From NCBI GenBank assembly GCA_964016885.1, contig OZ024747.1, forward strand, positions 19,654,001-19,718,000: 64,000 bases of DNA, read 5' to 3'. The notes under the pieces are model-generated. The model did no database searches. It worked only from the letters and a program-made list of their open reading frames with translations, and had not been told where the DNA came from. Numbering within the stretch: position 1 is the first letter of the stretch; the number at the start of each line of letters is the position of its first letter. A program made the position numbers and the translations under genes. Origin of the DNA: Eledone cirrhosa (lineage: Eukaryota). Positions 1 through 12,619 of this stretch are shown here, piece after piece.

Positions 1-226
1 ATATGGATAATTCTCTTTTCAGCACATACACATTGACAGTCAGCACTATTTTATGTATCTCTTGCAGATGCAGATATGGCTTTTCACGTATCTGATCCAA
101 GTACCTTTTGTTCAATTTTGTTTTTATCATTCCACGTGCACCGACTATCACTGGTGTTGTACAGACCTTAAGATGCCACATTTTCTCCATTTCAATTATC
201 AGATCTTTATATTTACTGAGCTTTCG
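1..226 (-). mobile_element. R4/Dong-like non-LTR retrotransposon fragment, C-terminal restriction-like endonuclease region
   Basis: Minus-strand translation KLSKYKDLIIEMEKMWHLKVCTTPVIVGARGMIK...LQEIHKIVL matches the K..KY.DL..E...W......P.V.GA.G pattern of RLE-type LINEs. Confidence 0.8.
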
Positions 227-499
227 GAACCCTTTACCGAAGCAACATTGTGTTATATTATTTCTGTGGGGTATGAGGTACTGTACACTCCTGTTAATGT
301 TCTACATCAGTCGTGTTTTGTTATGATGTTTAGCTTGTAGTTTCGTGTGCTAATTTTTGTGTGCTATTTCCGTTGGCTATGGTATTTATGATGTGAGTTA
401 CTTTATTTTATTGGCTATTATTCTTGAAGAGTATGTTTCGTGTGTTTTGTCTCATTTCATTAGAAGCTTATTGTTTAGGGTGTGTTAAAGTTTTGTGAT

Positions 500-1570
500 A
501 ATGATAAAGATGATGATAGCTACGTTGACAACGCCAATAATGAGGATTACAAGGAAACAAATTTTAAGTGCAACATGGTGTTGATCATGAAAATAATGGT
601 GCGTTGACAATAGTGATGACAGCGTTCATTATAACAATGATAACGATTATAATACTGACGTGGAAAAGCCATAGGAAGAGTTCAAATATTAACGATCAAT
701 GTCACAACACTCTTTCATGAAGATGTTGATGAGGACCATGGCGATTGCATAAACGACAAGGATAAAGGAGAGTGAAAAAGGTTAAAATAAGCACAAAGAC
801 ACTGATGAGAATAACGATGATAGTAATGTAAAGGATAATAATTGTTTCTACTCTTGGCACAATTTGCAATTACCCCATTGCATTACTGGTACTTTATTTT
901 ATCGATCCCGTAATGATGAAAGGTAAAGTTAACCACGACGGGATTTGAACTCAGACCGTAAAGGGACGTAACTATGCTGGAAAGCATGGCGTCCGACCCT
1001 CTACCGATACTGCCAATTCACCGCCCTTATATGATAATAATAATTGTTTCTACTCTTGGCACAATTTGCAGTTACCCCATTGCATTACTGGTACTTTATT
1101 TTATCGACCCTGTAAGGATGAAAGGCAAAGTTAACCTCGGCGGGATTTGAACTCCGAATGGCAAGGGCCGTAACTCTACGCATCAAGGCATGTCGTCCGA
1201 CCCTCTACCGATACTGCCAATTCACCGCCCTTAGATGATAATAATTGTTTCTACTTTTAGCACAAGGCCAGCAATTACCCAGTGCATTACTGGTACTTTA
1301 TTTAGATGATAATAATAATGGTGATGAGGATGATAATGGTGATTAGATGATAATAATAATGGTGATGAGGATGATAACAATGGCGTCTAGTAGAATGGAC
1401 GCTGACAACAACGACGATGACGATGACAATCATGACGACGATGAAAATGATAGCGATAATGACAATCTGTGGCTAGATATGAGAAGGAGGAAAATTATGA
1501 TAAGAATGATGAGGATTGTAATGACAGGTTGCAAGTTACCCGGTGTATACTGCAGTATGTGATGATGAGG
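500..1570. repeat. GAT/AAT-rich low-complexity region containing three tandem SINE copies
   Basis: Degenerate (GAT)n/(AAT)n; source of spurious ORF 1347-1562. Confidence 0.8.
838..1303 (-). mobile_element. Three tandem tRNA-derived SINE copies (838-1029, 1039-1232, 3' fragment 1240-1303)
   Basis: Minus strand reads GGGCGGTGAATTGGCAGTATCGG (A-box-like), GAGTTCAAATCCC (B-box), CCTTTCATCCTTAC.GGGTCGATAAAATAAAGTACCAG (Nin/Deu-like central domain) and an (ATT)n tail. Confidence 0.9.
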
Positions 1571-2278
1571 GAATTACGGACAAAGTAAAGTAGGCAGATA
1601 ATAATGACTATATTTATAAGTATTTCGTATATAATGGATAACCAATTATTACTGGTGATTATTATGACAATGAGTTTTAAAATGAAAATATATTGGAGTA
1701 AACGGGAATATATGTAAATGAAACCACAAGAATATATACGTTCTTACAAAGAAGCACATGCGTATAAAATAGATGAAAAATATATCTTTATCTTGGTGTA
1801 ATCTTAAATAATTTCGTGCTGGAATGCAGATTTTTAAATGTGGTTAACACAAGATCAGTTGATCAATTGATTTTTAGACCTACTCTAGCTCACCTGTTGA
1901 TAGGAATTAATCCGTTATCTAGCTACATATATTTACATATATAATACCATGCCATGTATATATATATATATATATATATGTATATACACGTTCAAGAGTA
2001 ACCAATCTTAAAGAGAGAGATGGAGATAGGAGAGGAGATATGAGAGGAGAGATTGGTGAATTAGTTAGAAGCCAAGGCGTAAAGGCTCAATGTGCAATAT
2101 GCAGTAGAAAGCAGCTAGGTGGCTGGTTCATGCAGAAGTTAGGTGCGCAGAGCTGGAAATATTCATTAGTTAAGTAAAACAAGACCAACAATTTCACAAG
2201 GAAGACATTCTTAAAAGATTGTCAACATATTTTAGTTTGATGTAAGGAATGTAGAGAATAAAAATAATAATATTAATA

Positions 2279-2458
2279 ATAATTGTTTCTACTTTAGGCA
2301 CAAGGCCAGCAATTACCAAGTGCATAACTGGTACTTTATTTTATCGACCCCGTAAGGATGAAAGGCAAAGTCAACCTCGGCGGGATTTGAACTCAGATCG
2401 TGAAGGGAAGTAACTATGCTGGAAAGCATGGCGTCCGACCCTCTACCGATACTGCCAA
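2279..2458 (-). mobile_element. tRNA-derived SINE inside the PLE pLTR arm
   Basis: Matches the SINE consensus. Confidence 0.9.
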
Positions 2459-2461
2459 GGT

Positions 2462-3318
2462 AATAATAACCCCAGGAAGGCCCCTACCAACTCAACTAGA
2501 ACCCCTAGAAGGAATAGACCTAGAAATATCACCTGGCTTAACCCCCCATCCTCATCTAATCTAGCCACTAATATCCACAAACGCTTCTTCTCTATCCTAT
2601 CTAAACATCCCCCCCCCCTAACCATAGATATTACAAACTCTTTAATAAAAATAACATTAAAATCTCATTCTCCACAACACCTAACCTAGCTAGCCACATC
2701 GCATTCAGTAACCATCATAAACTAAGACAGTATAACTCCCACACCGCGGTACCACCACCCCTATCGAATACACCACGCCACTACACCAATAATTACTCTA
2801 GTAGTATACCTCCCCCATCTAATCCTTCTAGCACTGACCTACCGCTTAGGTTAAACTACCCTACTCTCACTAACCGCAGAAGCAACTGCAACTGCCGTTA
2901 CCCCAATGCATGCCCATTAAATGGACACTGCCTGACACCCAACATAGTCTATAGGTGCACGGTTAAAACTGCTTCGAATACCAGCTCCTATATCGGGTCT
3001 ACCTCTAACCCTTTTAAGGTACGCTATAACGCGCACTCTTTTTCCTTCCGAGACCCTAGCAACAGATGTTCGACATCGCTAGCCAGGCTCATTAAAAACC
3101 TTAAATTAAACAACGTTCAACACTCACTAAAATGGGATATCGTGGCTAGGGCCCAACCGTTCAATGGACCAAGAAAATCTTGTGATCTCTGTATTAGAGA
3201 AGCATATTACATAACTCTATCACGACCTCTACCGATTAACGATAGAACGGAGGTAACTATTAGCTGTCAACATCGAAGGGCTAATTCCTTCGCCAATAGA
3301 ATATTTGACCCAACTTAG
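2462..3318 (+). pseudogene. PLE linker plus GIY-YIG endonuclease remnant (Naiad-like), with a frameshift at poly-C near 2610
   Basis: RNITWLNPP...LFNKNNIKISFST...NCNCRYPNACPLNGHCLTPNIVYRCTV...SYIGST.NPFKVRY...CDLCIREAYYI...SCQHRR, stop TAG at 3316-3318. Confidence 0.9.
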
Positions 3319-3695
3319 TCATCTAGCCCCATTTTTACTTGTAGCTAATAAGTTAAATAACTATGAACAACTTAGATAATTATAAGTTACCTCCCCTACA
3401 TTGTATCTCAATTAAAAAATTTAAAAATTATTACTTAACTATATATACCCACAATTTCTAATCTCTCGAGGAGTTACTTCTCCTGAAACTACTCTCTAAT
3501 TAGTAAGGTAAATATGTCTTTTGGCAGCCATCTTGTTACCCATAGGCAGATCTCACACAATGCAGCCTCGACAGATGAATACTGCTTGATTATGGCTGAC
3601 AACTGATGCAACCAAGACACCATAGTGAAAAACCAATATATGGAACATTATATTATGCAACATTCTCTCATTATTTTAATTTATATTCCTTTGAA

Positions 3696-3814
3696 GTTCC
3701 GATGAGCCGCTCTGTCTTTTAAATATATCAATTATTTTCAACTGAACTAGATCAATTATGATATATAGTCATCTGATCCAGAAATATTATAGGAGTAGCG
3801 AAACAATTGTAAAC
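3696..3814 (+). ncRNA. Degenerate type I hammerhead ribozyme with about 80-nt loop II
   Basis: gtt CCGATGA gccgctc ...80 nt... gagtagc GAAA CAATTG TA aac; helix III is the palindrome ACAATTGT. Confidence 0.6.
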
Positions 3815-3939
3815 GGACATCATTATTATTAATATTATTATTATTATTTTCTACATTCCTTACATCAAACTAAAATATGTTGACAATCTCTTAATAATGT
3901 CTTCCTTGTGAAATTTGTGGTCTTGTTTTGCTTAACTAA

Positions 3940-4030
<91 letters not shown>

Positions 4031-4107
4031 CCCACCTTTTTATATATATTTATATATATATCTATATTACCCACATTTTTAAATATATTTATATATGCAT
4101 ATATTTA

Positions 4108-4147
<40 letters not shown>

Positions 4148-4149
<2 letters not shown>

Positions 4150-4565
4150 GAAAAATTGAACAGGGACAGAACAGAGAGGCAGTACAATAAATGTTTATTA
4201 AATTCACGCTCAGGAGAGTGGGGGTAGGTGGGGGACGACGTTTCGGGCATAATCCCTTCTTCAGGTGAGAAGTGTGTGGGAACAGAGTTCAAAAGGTGTG
4301 TAGGGGAGTGGTGGAGAGACATATAGCGAAAGGAAACGGTGCGAATGAAAAATTAACAAATAAAGACAAAAAATATAATAAATAAAAATAAAGCATGATC
4401 AAAATACAAGGAATGAGAAAATTTAAAAATAAAGGCATGGTCAAAATAAACTGAAATTAAAAGGGGGGTAAACAGGTGGTGGAAGGGTGTGGGGTGAGTA
4501 GGGGTGGTGGCGGGTGGAGTGGGGAGAGGGAGACGGGGAGGGCTGAAGGTGGTGTGTGTGGTTAG

Positions 4566-4596
<31 letters not shown>

Positions 4597-4790
4597 AAAG
4601 TGAGGGTTGGGGGAAGAACGGGGTTGCATGTTCAGGAAGGTGTGTGTGGGGGGTGTTTTTGTGGGTCGGAGTGTCTGTGCGTGTGTGGATAGGGGGGTGG
4701 GGGGAGAGGAATCAGGAGGCTGAGGGTGTAAATATGTGGTGGGAAGCACGTGTGTGTGGTTTAAGCGTGTTGTGGGTGTGGGTGGCGTGT
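4148..4790 (-). mobile_element. PLE-derived 3' region/pLTR with minimal HHR; related copy on + at about 6610-6985
   Basis: Shares the HHR core and flanks with 6860-6930; starts at a (TA)n tract. Confidence 0.6.
4237..4264 (-). ncRNA. Minimal hammerhead core
   Basis: Minus strand CTGAAGA A GGGA TTAT GCCC GAAA CGTC; helix I not evident. Confidence 0.6.
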
Positions 4791-4880
4791 GGATAAAATC
4801 CAAAGAGGGCTCCATAAGGATAAATATATATCAAATATATAAGAACCGTAGAGCAAATATTTATTAAAATAACAGATTAA

Positions 4881-4931
4881 AGTTTAAGCAAAGAATCGCT
4901 GCTTTCACCCTTAACGGGATCTTCTGAAACT
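4881..4931 (-). ncRNA. Type I hammerhead with variant CAGAAGA core
   Basis: agttt CAGAAGA tccc gttaa gggt GAAA gca gcgattctt tgc TT aaact. Confidence 0.65.
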
Positions 4932-5471
4932 AACAAAGTCAATCTGTAAACGCAGAACTGGATATTTCAAAAAAGTTGCAACCGGAGGAAGACAGGAAGA
5001 CGATACTTTGGTTCGTGGAAACGTTCGCTGGCTCCCACATCGAGACGTAAAATATCCACGTATAGATCGAACTATCCGTTAGGGTATAACGTGGGGCTGT
5101 AATACAGGAAAGTTTTGTGCAATTTATGTTTACAAGCCGAAATTGCCTCATATTTTTTGTTTAAGATGTGGTCTGTGGCGTAGAGTCTTTCGAGGGCCTC
5201 AGCGGCGCAGAGGTCACATGGTCTTTTATTTCCGTTATACGATCTAGCCTTAGCTAGGATCTCCCAGTGTAACTTATATTGGGTGTGGTTGTCTTTTAGA
5301 CTCCAGATATAAGCTGAAAGTGACGTCATATTCCTTCTAAGAGGGTAACGAAAAGAATGGGTATGCATGTAAAGACGCTGCTTGAATCTATTGGCGGTTA
5401 ACCCTATGTAGGCCCTACGGGACGCAACGTTTTTGAAATATCCAGTTCTGCATTTACAGATTGACTTTGTT

Positions 5472-5522
5472 AGTTTCAGAAGATCCCGTTAAGGGTGAAA
5501 GCAGCGATTCTTTGCTTAAACT
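5472..5522 (+). ncRNA. Type I hammerhead with variant CAGAAGA core (inverted arm copy)
   Basis: Same sequence as 4881-4931 on the opposite strand. Confidence 0.65.
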
Positions 5523-5654
5523 TTAATCTGTTATTTTAATAAATATATATATATATATAAATACAATTATTTAAATATATATGTGTGTATGTATGTATAT
5601 ATAGAAATGTATGTATATATAAATATACAAATATACATATATGTGTGTGGTGCT

Positions 5655-5694
<40 letters not shown>

Positions 5695-6272
5695 CTATGT
5701 CTGAGTGTAGTCTATACACACCCACACAGATACAAATATTCATGCGCACTCAAACGCATAAACATATACAGATTTGGCTGTATGCATACATGGATTTACA
5801 CCACACAAGAATATATATTTCTTTAGATATTTCAGTTGGATTACTAAAAAAATTAAGTGTAATAAAAGCAATAATAGCGATAAATATCTTAACTGCTAGA
5901 AGAACGTTAATATCAAAAAGACTCATGAATGATACTATTATTAATAATTATCATTTTTATTATAAGACAAGAAGAAAAGTTGACCAGAATTAATGATGAC
6001 ACCAATAATAATAATTCCTAAATAGTAAAAACAACAATAACAACAAATACAACAACTACAACAACAACAACGGCAACAAAATAACGCTGTTCATGTTCAC
6101 TAACAGAGGAATGCTTCTGAAAAAATACAGCATCAAATTCAATAAGAATAAAACTACATGAAATTTACCATATAATAATTTGAAGTCTGAAGTTTATTGG
6201 AAACCGTTGGCCTTTTTTTATAAACCATATGAAGAATGTTATTAGTATCGTTATTCATGCTAGCCCCATGTG

Positions 6273-6327
<55 letters not shown>

Positions 6328-6339
6328 AATTATTTATTT

Positions 6340-6478
<139 letters not shown>

Positions 6479-6870
6479 GTCAATATTAGATGGTGCGTGT
6501 GTTTCTTTTTATTGCCAATACTGGAAACATCACCATCCTCAAATATAACAATATCGGTTTCAGCACACAATTTCATATCAAGATTCTTGCAGAAAAAATA
6601 CAAAAACACATATATATATATAAATACCTATATGTTATACATATATAAGTTATACACTTACACACACACACATACACCACCTTCCGCTCTCCCCGCTCAG
6701 ACCCCTTTTTTCTTCACCCTCCCCATCCACCCAACGCCTCTACACGCCTCACATCTTTTCACCACTTGCTTTTAACTTTTGTTTTCCAACTCATGTGTTA
6801 TATTTATTTTTAGTTGTTTCCCACTCCCTCCTCCTCCCCCTCCCTCTCCTTCACACGACTCACGACTCTC

Positions 6871-6898
6871 CTGATGAAGGGCTTATGCCCGAAACGTC
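6871..6898 (+). ncRNA. Minimal hammerhead core
   Basis: CTGATGA A GGGC TTAT GCCC GAAA CGTC; extra A between A9 and 10.1; palindromic ACGT helix III. Confidence 0.7.
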
Positions 6899-7029
6899 GC
6901 ACTCACACCCACCACTCTCAATAAGCGCGAACCTAATATCTTTCGTAAATTTTACTCCCGCGTTGTTGTTTTTTATTTTCCTATATATATATATATATGG
7001 GAAAGTAAAAAACAACTATTTATCTATAG

Positions 7030-7385
7030 CATTTTGGAGCAAAACCCGTTGATAACACGGCTTCCTTGTTCAGTCATCTTACCAGAAGCCCAACATTCTT
7101 TATGTAGGCGGACAGTACATGATTTTGGAGTCGCAGAAACCAATACTGGATTTTACCATCAGTGCAGGGTCCGGGAAAGTATCAACACATATATTTTTAT
7201 TGTTTGACCCGAATTACTTGGTCGTTTGTTTTGGCTGTGCGGATGATATGTTTAACCATCATCTCAGTGTGTTTGGCCCTTAACGTATGTTGTAGCTCTG
7301 ATTCACATGAATCATCGAGCGCTTGCCATACATATCGGACGTTGATTTTCGTTAATTCCTGAGCTGAAATACGATTCTCGCTAAT
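7030..7385. repeat. Unclassified dispersed repeat; second, longer copy at about 26565-27210
   Basis: Shared segments such as GGAGTCGCAGAAACC, TTTAACCA.CATCTCAGTGTGTTTGGCC and CGATTCTCGCTAAT; both copies abut (TA)n. Confidence 0.75.
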
Positions 7386-7392
7386 ATATATT

Positions 7393-7450
<58 letters not shown>

Positions 7451-7540
7451 AAAGTTAAAAACAACAACGCAGGAGTAAGAGTTACGAAAGATATTAGGTT
7501 CACGCTTATTGAGAGTGGTGGGTGTTGTTTTTTACTTTCC

Positions 7541-7603
<63 letters not shown>

Positions 7604-7639
7604 GAAAGTAAAAAACAACTATATATATATATATATATA

Positions 7640-7850
7640 TTACGTTTCTCTCAACTGGTGTAGCCAGTCATTGGGGTAACACTCGAGATGCTTCCATTCC
7701 ATAGTCATCCGTCATAACTGGCCTCTTTCCTCCATCATACGTAGAAAGATCCAGTATTTGATGTTTGCGGGCCGGAATTTTCTCTGTCTGCCTCTCCTTC
7801 AGCCTCCCTCGACTGTGCCCTGAAATATGGTTTCAGATAGCGTATCGTGG
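7640..7850 (-). mobile_element. RTE-clade LINE 3' fragment
   Basis: Minus-strand translation KTIFQGTVEGG*RRGRQRK..ANIKYW resembles the RTE C-terminal KTILQGTVEG.RRRGR motif. Confidence 0.75.
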
Positions 7851-8333
7851 AAGGATATCAAGTGTGGGTGTGCGGAAATGTCTGAATGTGTCTGTGTGTA
7901 TGTAACTAAGATCGCCAATTACATTAACTTGAATGAAAATACATCCAAATTGAAGCGGTCTCAGACATGAACCCAAGCAATCGTAAGCTATACAGCTACA
8001 ATTGACCCTACTCACACGACCCAGACGACTGAGAGAAGCGTTAAACCATGCACCTCCTTCTAATTACGTCCCCACCTCCCGGATAAACAAGCATAGACTA
8101 GTATCAATTGCTGTATGGAGAAGGTGGGCGTTGTTAGGATACATACGTCAAATTGCATAGTTTCTACATACAATCTCACTTTAAATCCTGCTGAGATTAG
8201 TCTAGATTTCATCCTTACAGGGTCAATAAAATAAAGTACCAGTAATGCACTGAGGTCGATTTAGTCGACTTTCAATGGCTATGTTCACACACGCACTCAT
8301 ATAAAGCCCTTACTCCCACACACTCTTATATTC

Positions 8334-8393
<60 letters not shown>

Positions 8394-8441
8394 ACCCCCC
8401 CCCCCCCCACCACACAGACACACATATATATATATATATAT

Positions 8442-9868
8442 ATGGTGGCTGCCAACTCGTTCTCGAGTACGGCCACTACTTTATATCCATTTAGGAGAAC
8501 CCCTACTGATGCGCTGAATGAGTGTGACTTTTTAGTCCAGCCAGCGACCTGAAAACTCTGATACAAAGACTACACTTGTGACAATTATTGACACATAGTG
8601 CTGGGCCCATGGTACCATGTGACGACAAGTGCAGAGAGATCTCCAGATATAAAGCAATGCCTGTGCTGTGAAGCTTTTATAGTGAGCAAAGGCTCTGCAC
8701 AAAGCCAGTCCCACTCTCTTAACCAAGATGATATTTACCAAAAACAAGAACAAGTCAACATCATTGGATACCATCAGGGTTGCAGGTGTTATATCAGAGT
8801 TTTACTTCTCCTAGAATTCTGCATTGACAAAGGCTAAGGGGTCATCTCTCCCGGTGATTTTGGATGGCCATTGACTCTTAAGAGCTCCTTTGCCCTTTGA
8901 CAGGTTTTGTTTTTAGTCCTGCAGGATGTCCAAAGTCACCCTCCTCACCAAGAAACCTTGGTGGGGTTGCCAGTTTAGTCGCCAACGACCCGACCATGAG
9001 ACAGGTTGTACTTGGATACATGTTACCAGTAGCACCAACTGGTGACCTGACACACATATATATATATATGTATGTATACACATATATATATATGTATACA
9101 CATATATATATATGTATGTATACACATATATATATATGTATGACACATATATATATATATATGTATGTATACACGCACACACATTTATATATATATATAT
9201 ACATACACACACACACAAATACATACATATATATACACAAATTCATATATATACACAAATACATAAATATATATATACATATATGGTGGCTGCCAACTCG
9301 TTTTCGGGTACGGGTACTACTCTATACCCATTTAGAAGAACCCCTACCTATGCGCTGAACGAGTGTGACTTTTTAGTCCAGCAGGGACTTGAAAACTCTG
9401 GTACAAACACTACACCTGTGACAATTATTGACACATAGTGCTGGGCCCTTGGTACCATGTGACGACAAGTGCAGAGAGATCTCCAGATACAAAGCAATGA
9501 CTGTGCCGTGAAGCTTTTATAGTGAGCAAAGGCACTGCACAAAGCCAGTCCCACTCTCTTAACCCAAGATGATATTTACCCAAAACAAGAACAAGTCAAC
9601 ATCATTGGATACCATCAGGGTTGCAGGTGTTATATCAGAGTTTTACTTCTCCTAGAATTCTGCATTGACAAAGGCTAAGGGGTCATCTCTCCCGGTGATT
9701 TTGGATGGCCATTGACTCTTAAGAGCTCCTTTGCCCTTTTGACAGCTTTTGTTTTTAGTCCTGCAGGATGTCCAAAGTCACCCTCCTTACCAAGAAACCT
9801 TGGTGGCGTTGCCAGTTTAGTCGCCATGGGACAGGTTGTACTGGGATAATGTTACCAGTAGCACCAAT
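8442..9868 (-). repeat. Tandem duplication of an approximately 600-bp unclassified element (8442-9052 and 9283-9868); diverged relative at about 30600-31157
   Basis: Near-identical direct copies separated by a TA/CA tract; possibly a LINE 5'-UTR-derived non-autonomous element; strand is tentative. Confidence 0.75.
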
Positions 9869-9877
9869 ATATATATG

Positions 9878-10034
<157 letters not shown>

Positions 10035-10246
10035 TTAGAAAGCCACAACAATGCAGATGGGAAATCTTGAGGTAGGAAGTGAGTGAGAAATAGGAGGAAA
10101 GTGAAAATTGAGAGAAACGAAAATGAAAACAAAACAAAGGTAGAAGGGTTACCGTAGTGGAGATTTAATCCCAATATTTCGGGCTCATATATATATATCA
10201 AATGCACATACATATATATAAATTTATACATATATACATATATATA

Positions 10247-12118
10247 TTTATTTATTAAAACATCATATTAAAGTTTAAGCAAAGAATCACTGATTTCACT
10301 CATAACGGGATCGTCTGAAACTAAAAAAATCAATCTGTAAATATTTCGAAAAACGTTGCAACCGAAGGAAAACAGAAAGACGATACTTTGGTTCGTGAAG
10401 ACAATGAACGAAAAAAAAGCGAAGATAATACATCGTTATGTCGTGCGATGAGACAAAACCACGTTAATGGTATAAATGGAGTCGTAGACTCCATTTATTT
10501 AGGAAACCAAATGAATCTCGGCTTCAGAGTTAAGAATAATGTAAATGAATTGGTAGAACGAAAATGACAGAGGTTATTAAAATGAATAATAATTAAATAT
10601 ATACATACAGGCATCCATATACGTACATACACGTGCATACGGGAAAACACACACCATGCATATACATGCACATACACAAAACACGCGCACACATACATAA
10701 ATCTGCGCACACATACGAACGTACCCATAAAAAATATATATGTGCGTGCATAAATTATATAAACGTATATAAATATACAGACATAAATACGTATATATCG
10801 CACGCACAGACATACCTACCGGTAAATACACATATGTTCACCAAACATACGTCAACCAAAACACAATGTTCACATATATACACACCTTAAATACGTGTAA
10901 ACACGCATACACGCATACACACACAAAATACACAGTATATATATACACCTATCATAAATACAAGCATATATACGTACGAGAAAGTATACGTACCGTCACA
11001 AAACATACGGGTAAGGTATACTTTACCTATACAAATAAATAGTGGTATAAACATATAATATACTTAGCTACCACGTAAATTATCCGCGTATTGTTCGCAC
11101 TATCCGTTACGGTATAATATGGGGCTGTAATACAGGAAAGTTTTATGCAATTTGTGTTTACAAGCCGAAATTGCCTCAGATTTTTTGTTTAAGATGTGGT
11201 CATTGGCGTAGAGTATTTCCAGGGCTTCAGCGGCGCAAAGATCGCATGGTCTTTTATTTCCGTTATACGATCTAGCCTTAGCTAGGATCTCCCAGTGCAA
11301 CCCATATTGGGTGTGGTTGTCTTTTAGACCCCAGATATAAGCTGAAATTGACGTCACATTCCTTCTTAAAGGGTTAAGAAAAGAATGGGTATGCATGTAA
11401 ACACGCTGCTTGAATCTATTGGCTGTTAACCCTATGTAGGCCCTACTATAAGTGGGTGTTTCGACCTTATATTTGTAGACAATGTAACAGGTGAGGGATT
11501 TCCCGGATAGAGGGCAGTCAACCCTATTCCTACAATTACAGTTAGTACTAGCTACAGGGTTGCATGTGTTCCTACGGCTAGGTAATTCAGCTAAATTTGA
11601 AGCAGTGATGTTATGTGCAATGTTAGGAGCCGTAGAGTAAGATATTTTAATGGTATTTCTATTAAAAATGTTATTATATTTATGTGGTGAGGGGAAATGC
11701 TTCTTAATAAGGGAGAGAAAGATCTTAGCTAATGGTGTGGCCATCTCCATATTATATGGTGGGTTATACCATATAATGCGTCGAGATCTATGTTTTCTTC
11801 GTTTATTCTCATACTTTGTATATGCTACCTTATCGACAAATCCACTCCGAGCAAGAGCTTCATTGTAATATGTGGAATGGTCGGTGAAAATATGCTCGTT
11901 TGTAGATAGACAGGAAAGCCTCAAATAAACGTTTCTTACCTTACTTCTGCGTTCACAAATTGATTTTTTAGTTTCAGACAGAAGATCCCGTTATGGGTGT
12001 AAGCAGCGATTCTTTGCTTAAACTTTAATCTGTTATTTTAATAAATATTTGCTTTAGGGTTCTTATATATTTGATATATATTTAACCTTATCGAGCCCTC
12101 TTTGAATTTTAGTCTTCA
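10247..12118 (-). mobile_element. 5'-truncated PLE with inverted pLTR arm (about 11945-12118), same family as 4795-5545
   Basis: ORF 11100-11924; degenerate CAGA-type HHR copies at 10272-10322 (-) and 11970-12024 (+); flanked by (TA)n. Confidence 0.9.
11100..11924 (-). CDS. PLE RT-thumb/linker and GIY-YIG endonuclease, 5'-truncated open frame
   Basis: RLSCLSTNEHIF..Y.EAL..SG; RRIIWYNPPYN; NCNCRNRVDCPLSG; IVYKY..AYIGLT.NRFKQR; CDLCAAE; ACKHK. Confidence 0.9.
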   Translation of the reverse strand: MRLSCLSTNEHIFTDHSTYYNEALARSGFVDKVAYTKYENKRRKHRSRRIIWYNPPYNMEMATPLAKIFLSLIKKHFPSPHKYNNIFNRNTIKISYSTAPNIAHNITASNLAELPSRRNTCNPVASTNCNCRNRVDCPLSGKSLTCYIVYKYKVETPTYSRAYIGLTANRFKQRVYMHTHSFLNPLRRNVTSISAYIWGLKDNHTQYGLHWEILAKARSYNGNKRPCDLCAAEALEILYANDHILNKKSEAISACKHKLHKTFLYYSPILYRNG

Positions 12119-12133
12119 CATTTATTATTATTA

Positions 12134-12252
<119 letters not shown>

Positions 12253-12526
12253 GGAGTGAGGGCTTTATATGTGTGCCTGTGTGAATGTGTTTGTAGACAC
12301 CTGACTATAGCCATTGTTATCTTAAATAAACTTTAAAAATCAGGACTGCCCCCCCCCCCCCCCGAGTGAACTTGTCTATAGAATTCTTTTGCCTTTGTTA
12401 CTCTAAATATACTTTTTAAAGAATTCATTTTTCTTTAAACACATCAACTAATGACCTCCACCCATCCCAATCACCAATATCCTACCACCAGATAAGATAT
12501 AAATACCACCATATTACTCGGAATTC

Positions 12527-12577
12527 GGCTTCCTGATGATTTCTCCCGAAGGAAACAGTTTTAATTCTGTAGAAGTC
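12527..12577 (+). ncRNA. Apparently intact type I hammerhead ribozyme
   Basis: ggcttc CTGATGA tttc tccc gaag GAAA cag ttttaatt ctg TA gaagtc; all three helices pair; GUA cleavage triplet. Confidence 0.85.
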
Positions 12578-12619
12578 TATATTAAATATATATATATATA
12601 TATATAAAATAAAAACCCG

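Larger units (their letters stand above)
2161..3943 (+). mobile_element. 5'-truncated Penelope-like element with inverted pLTR arm (2161-2282 vs 3820-3943), adjacent to (TA)n
   Basis: Terminal arms ATTCATTAGTTAAG...AATAAT are reverse complements; contains a GIY-YIG ORF remnant and an HHR. Confidence 0.9.
4795..5545 (-). mobile_element. 5'-truncated PLE (GIY-YIG C-terminus 5072-5420) with inverted pLTR arm 5424-5545
   Basis: AYIGLTANRFKQR...HWEILAKARSYNG..PCDLCAAE...ACKHK; arm 5424-5545 is the reverse complement of about 4857-4980. Confidence 0.9.

Noticed and set aside
838-1029. tRNA gene calls from A-box and B-box motifs
   Set aside because: These are SINE heads; no complete cloverleaf
4990-5030. 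Second HHR-like string CAGGAAGACGA...TCGTGGAAACGTT
   Set aside because: Core spacing is wrong, it is antisense to the PLE, and it is not preserved in the 10370 copy
8940-9050. Possible HDV-like ribozyme at the end of the 600-bp element
   Set aside because: Could not build the nested double pseudoknot by hand
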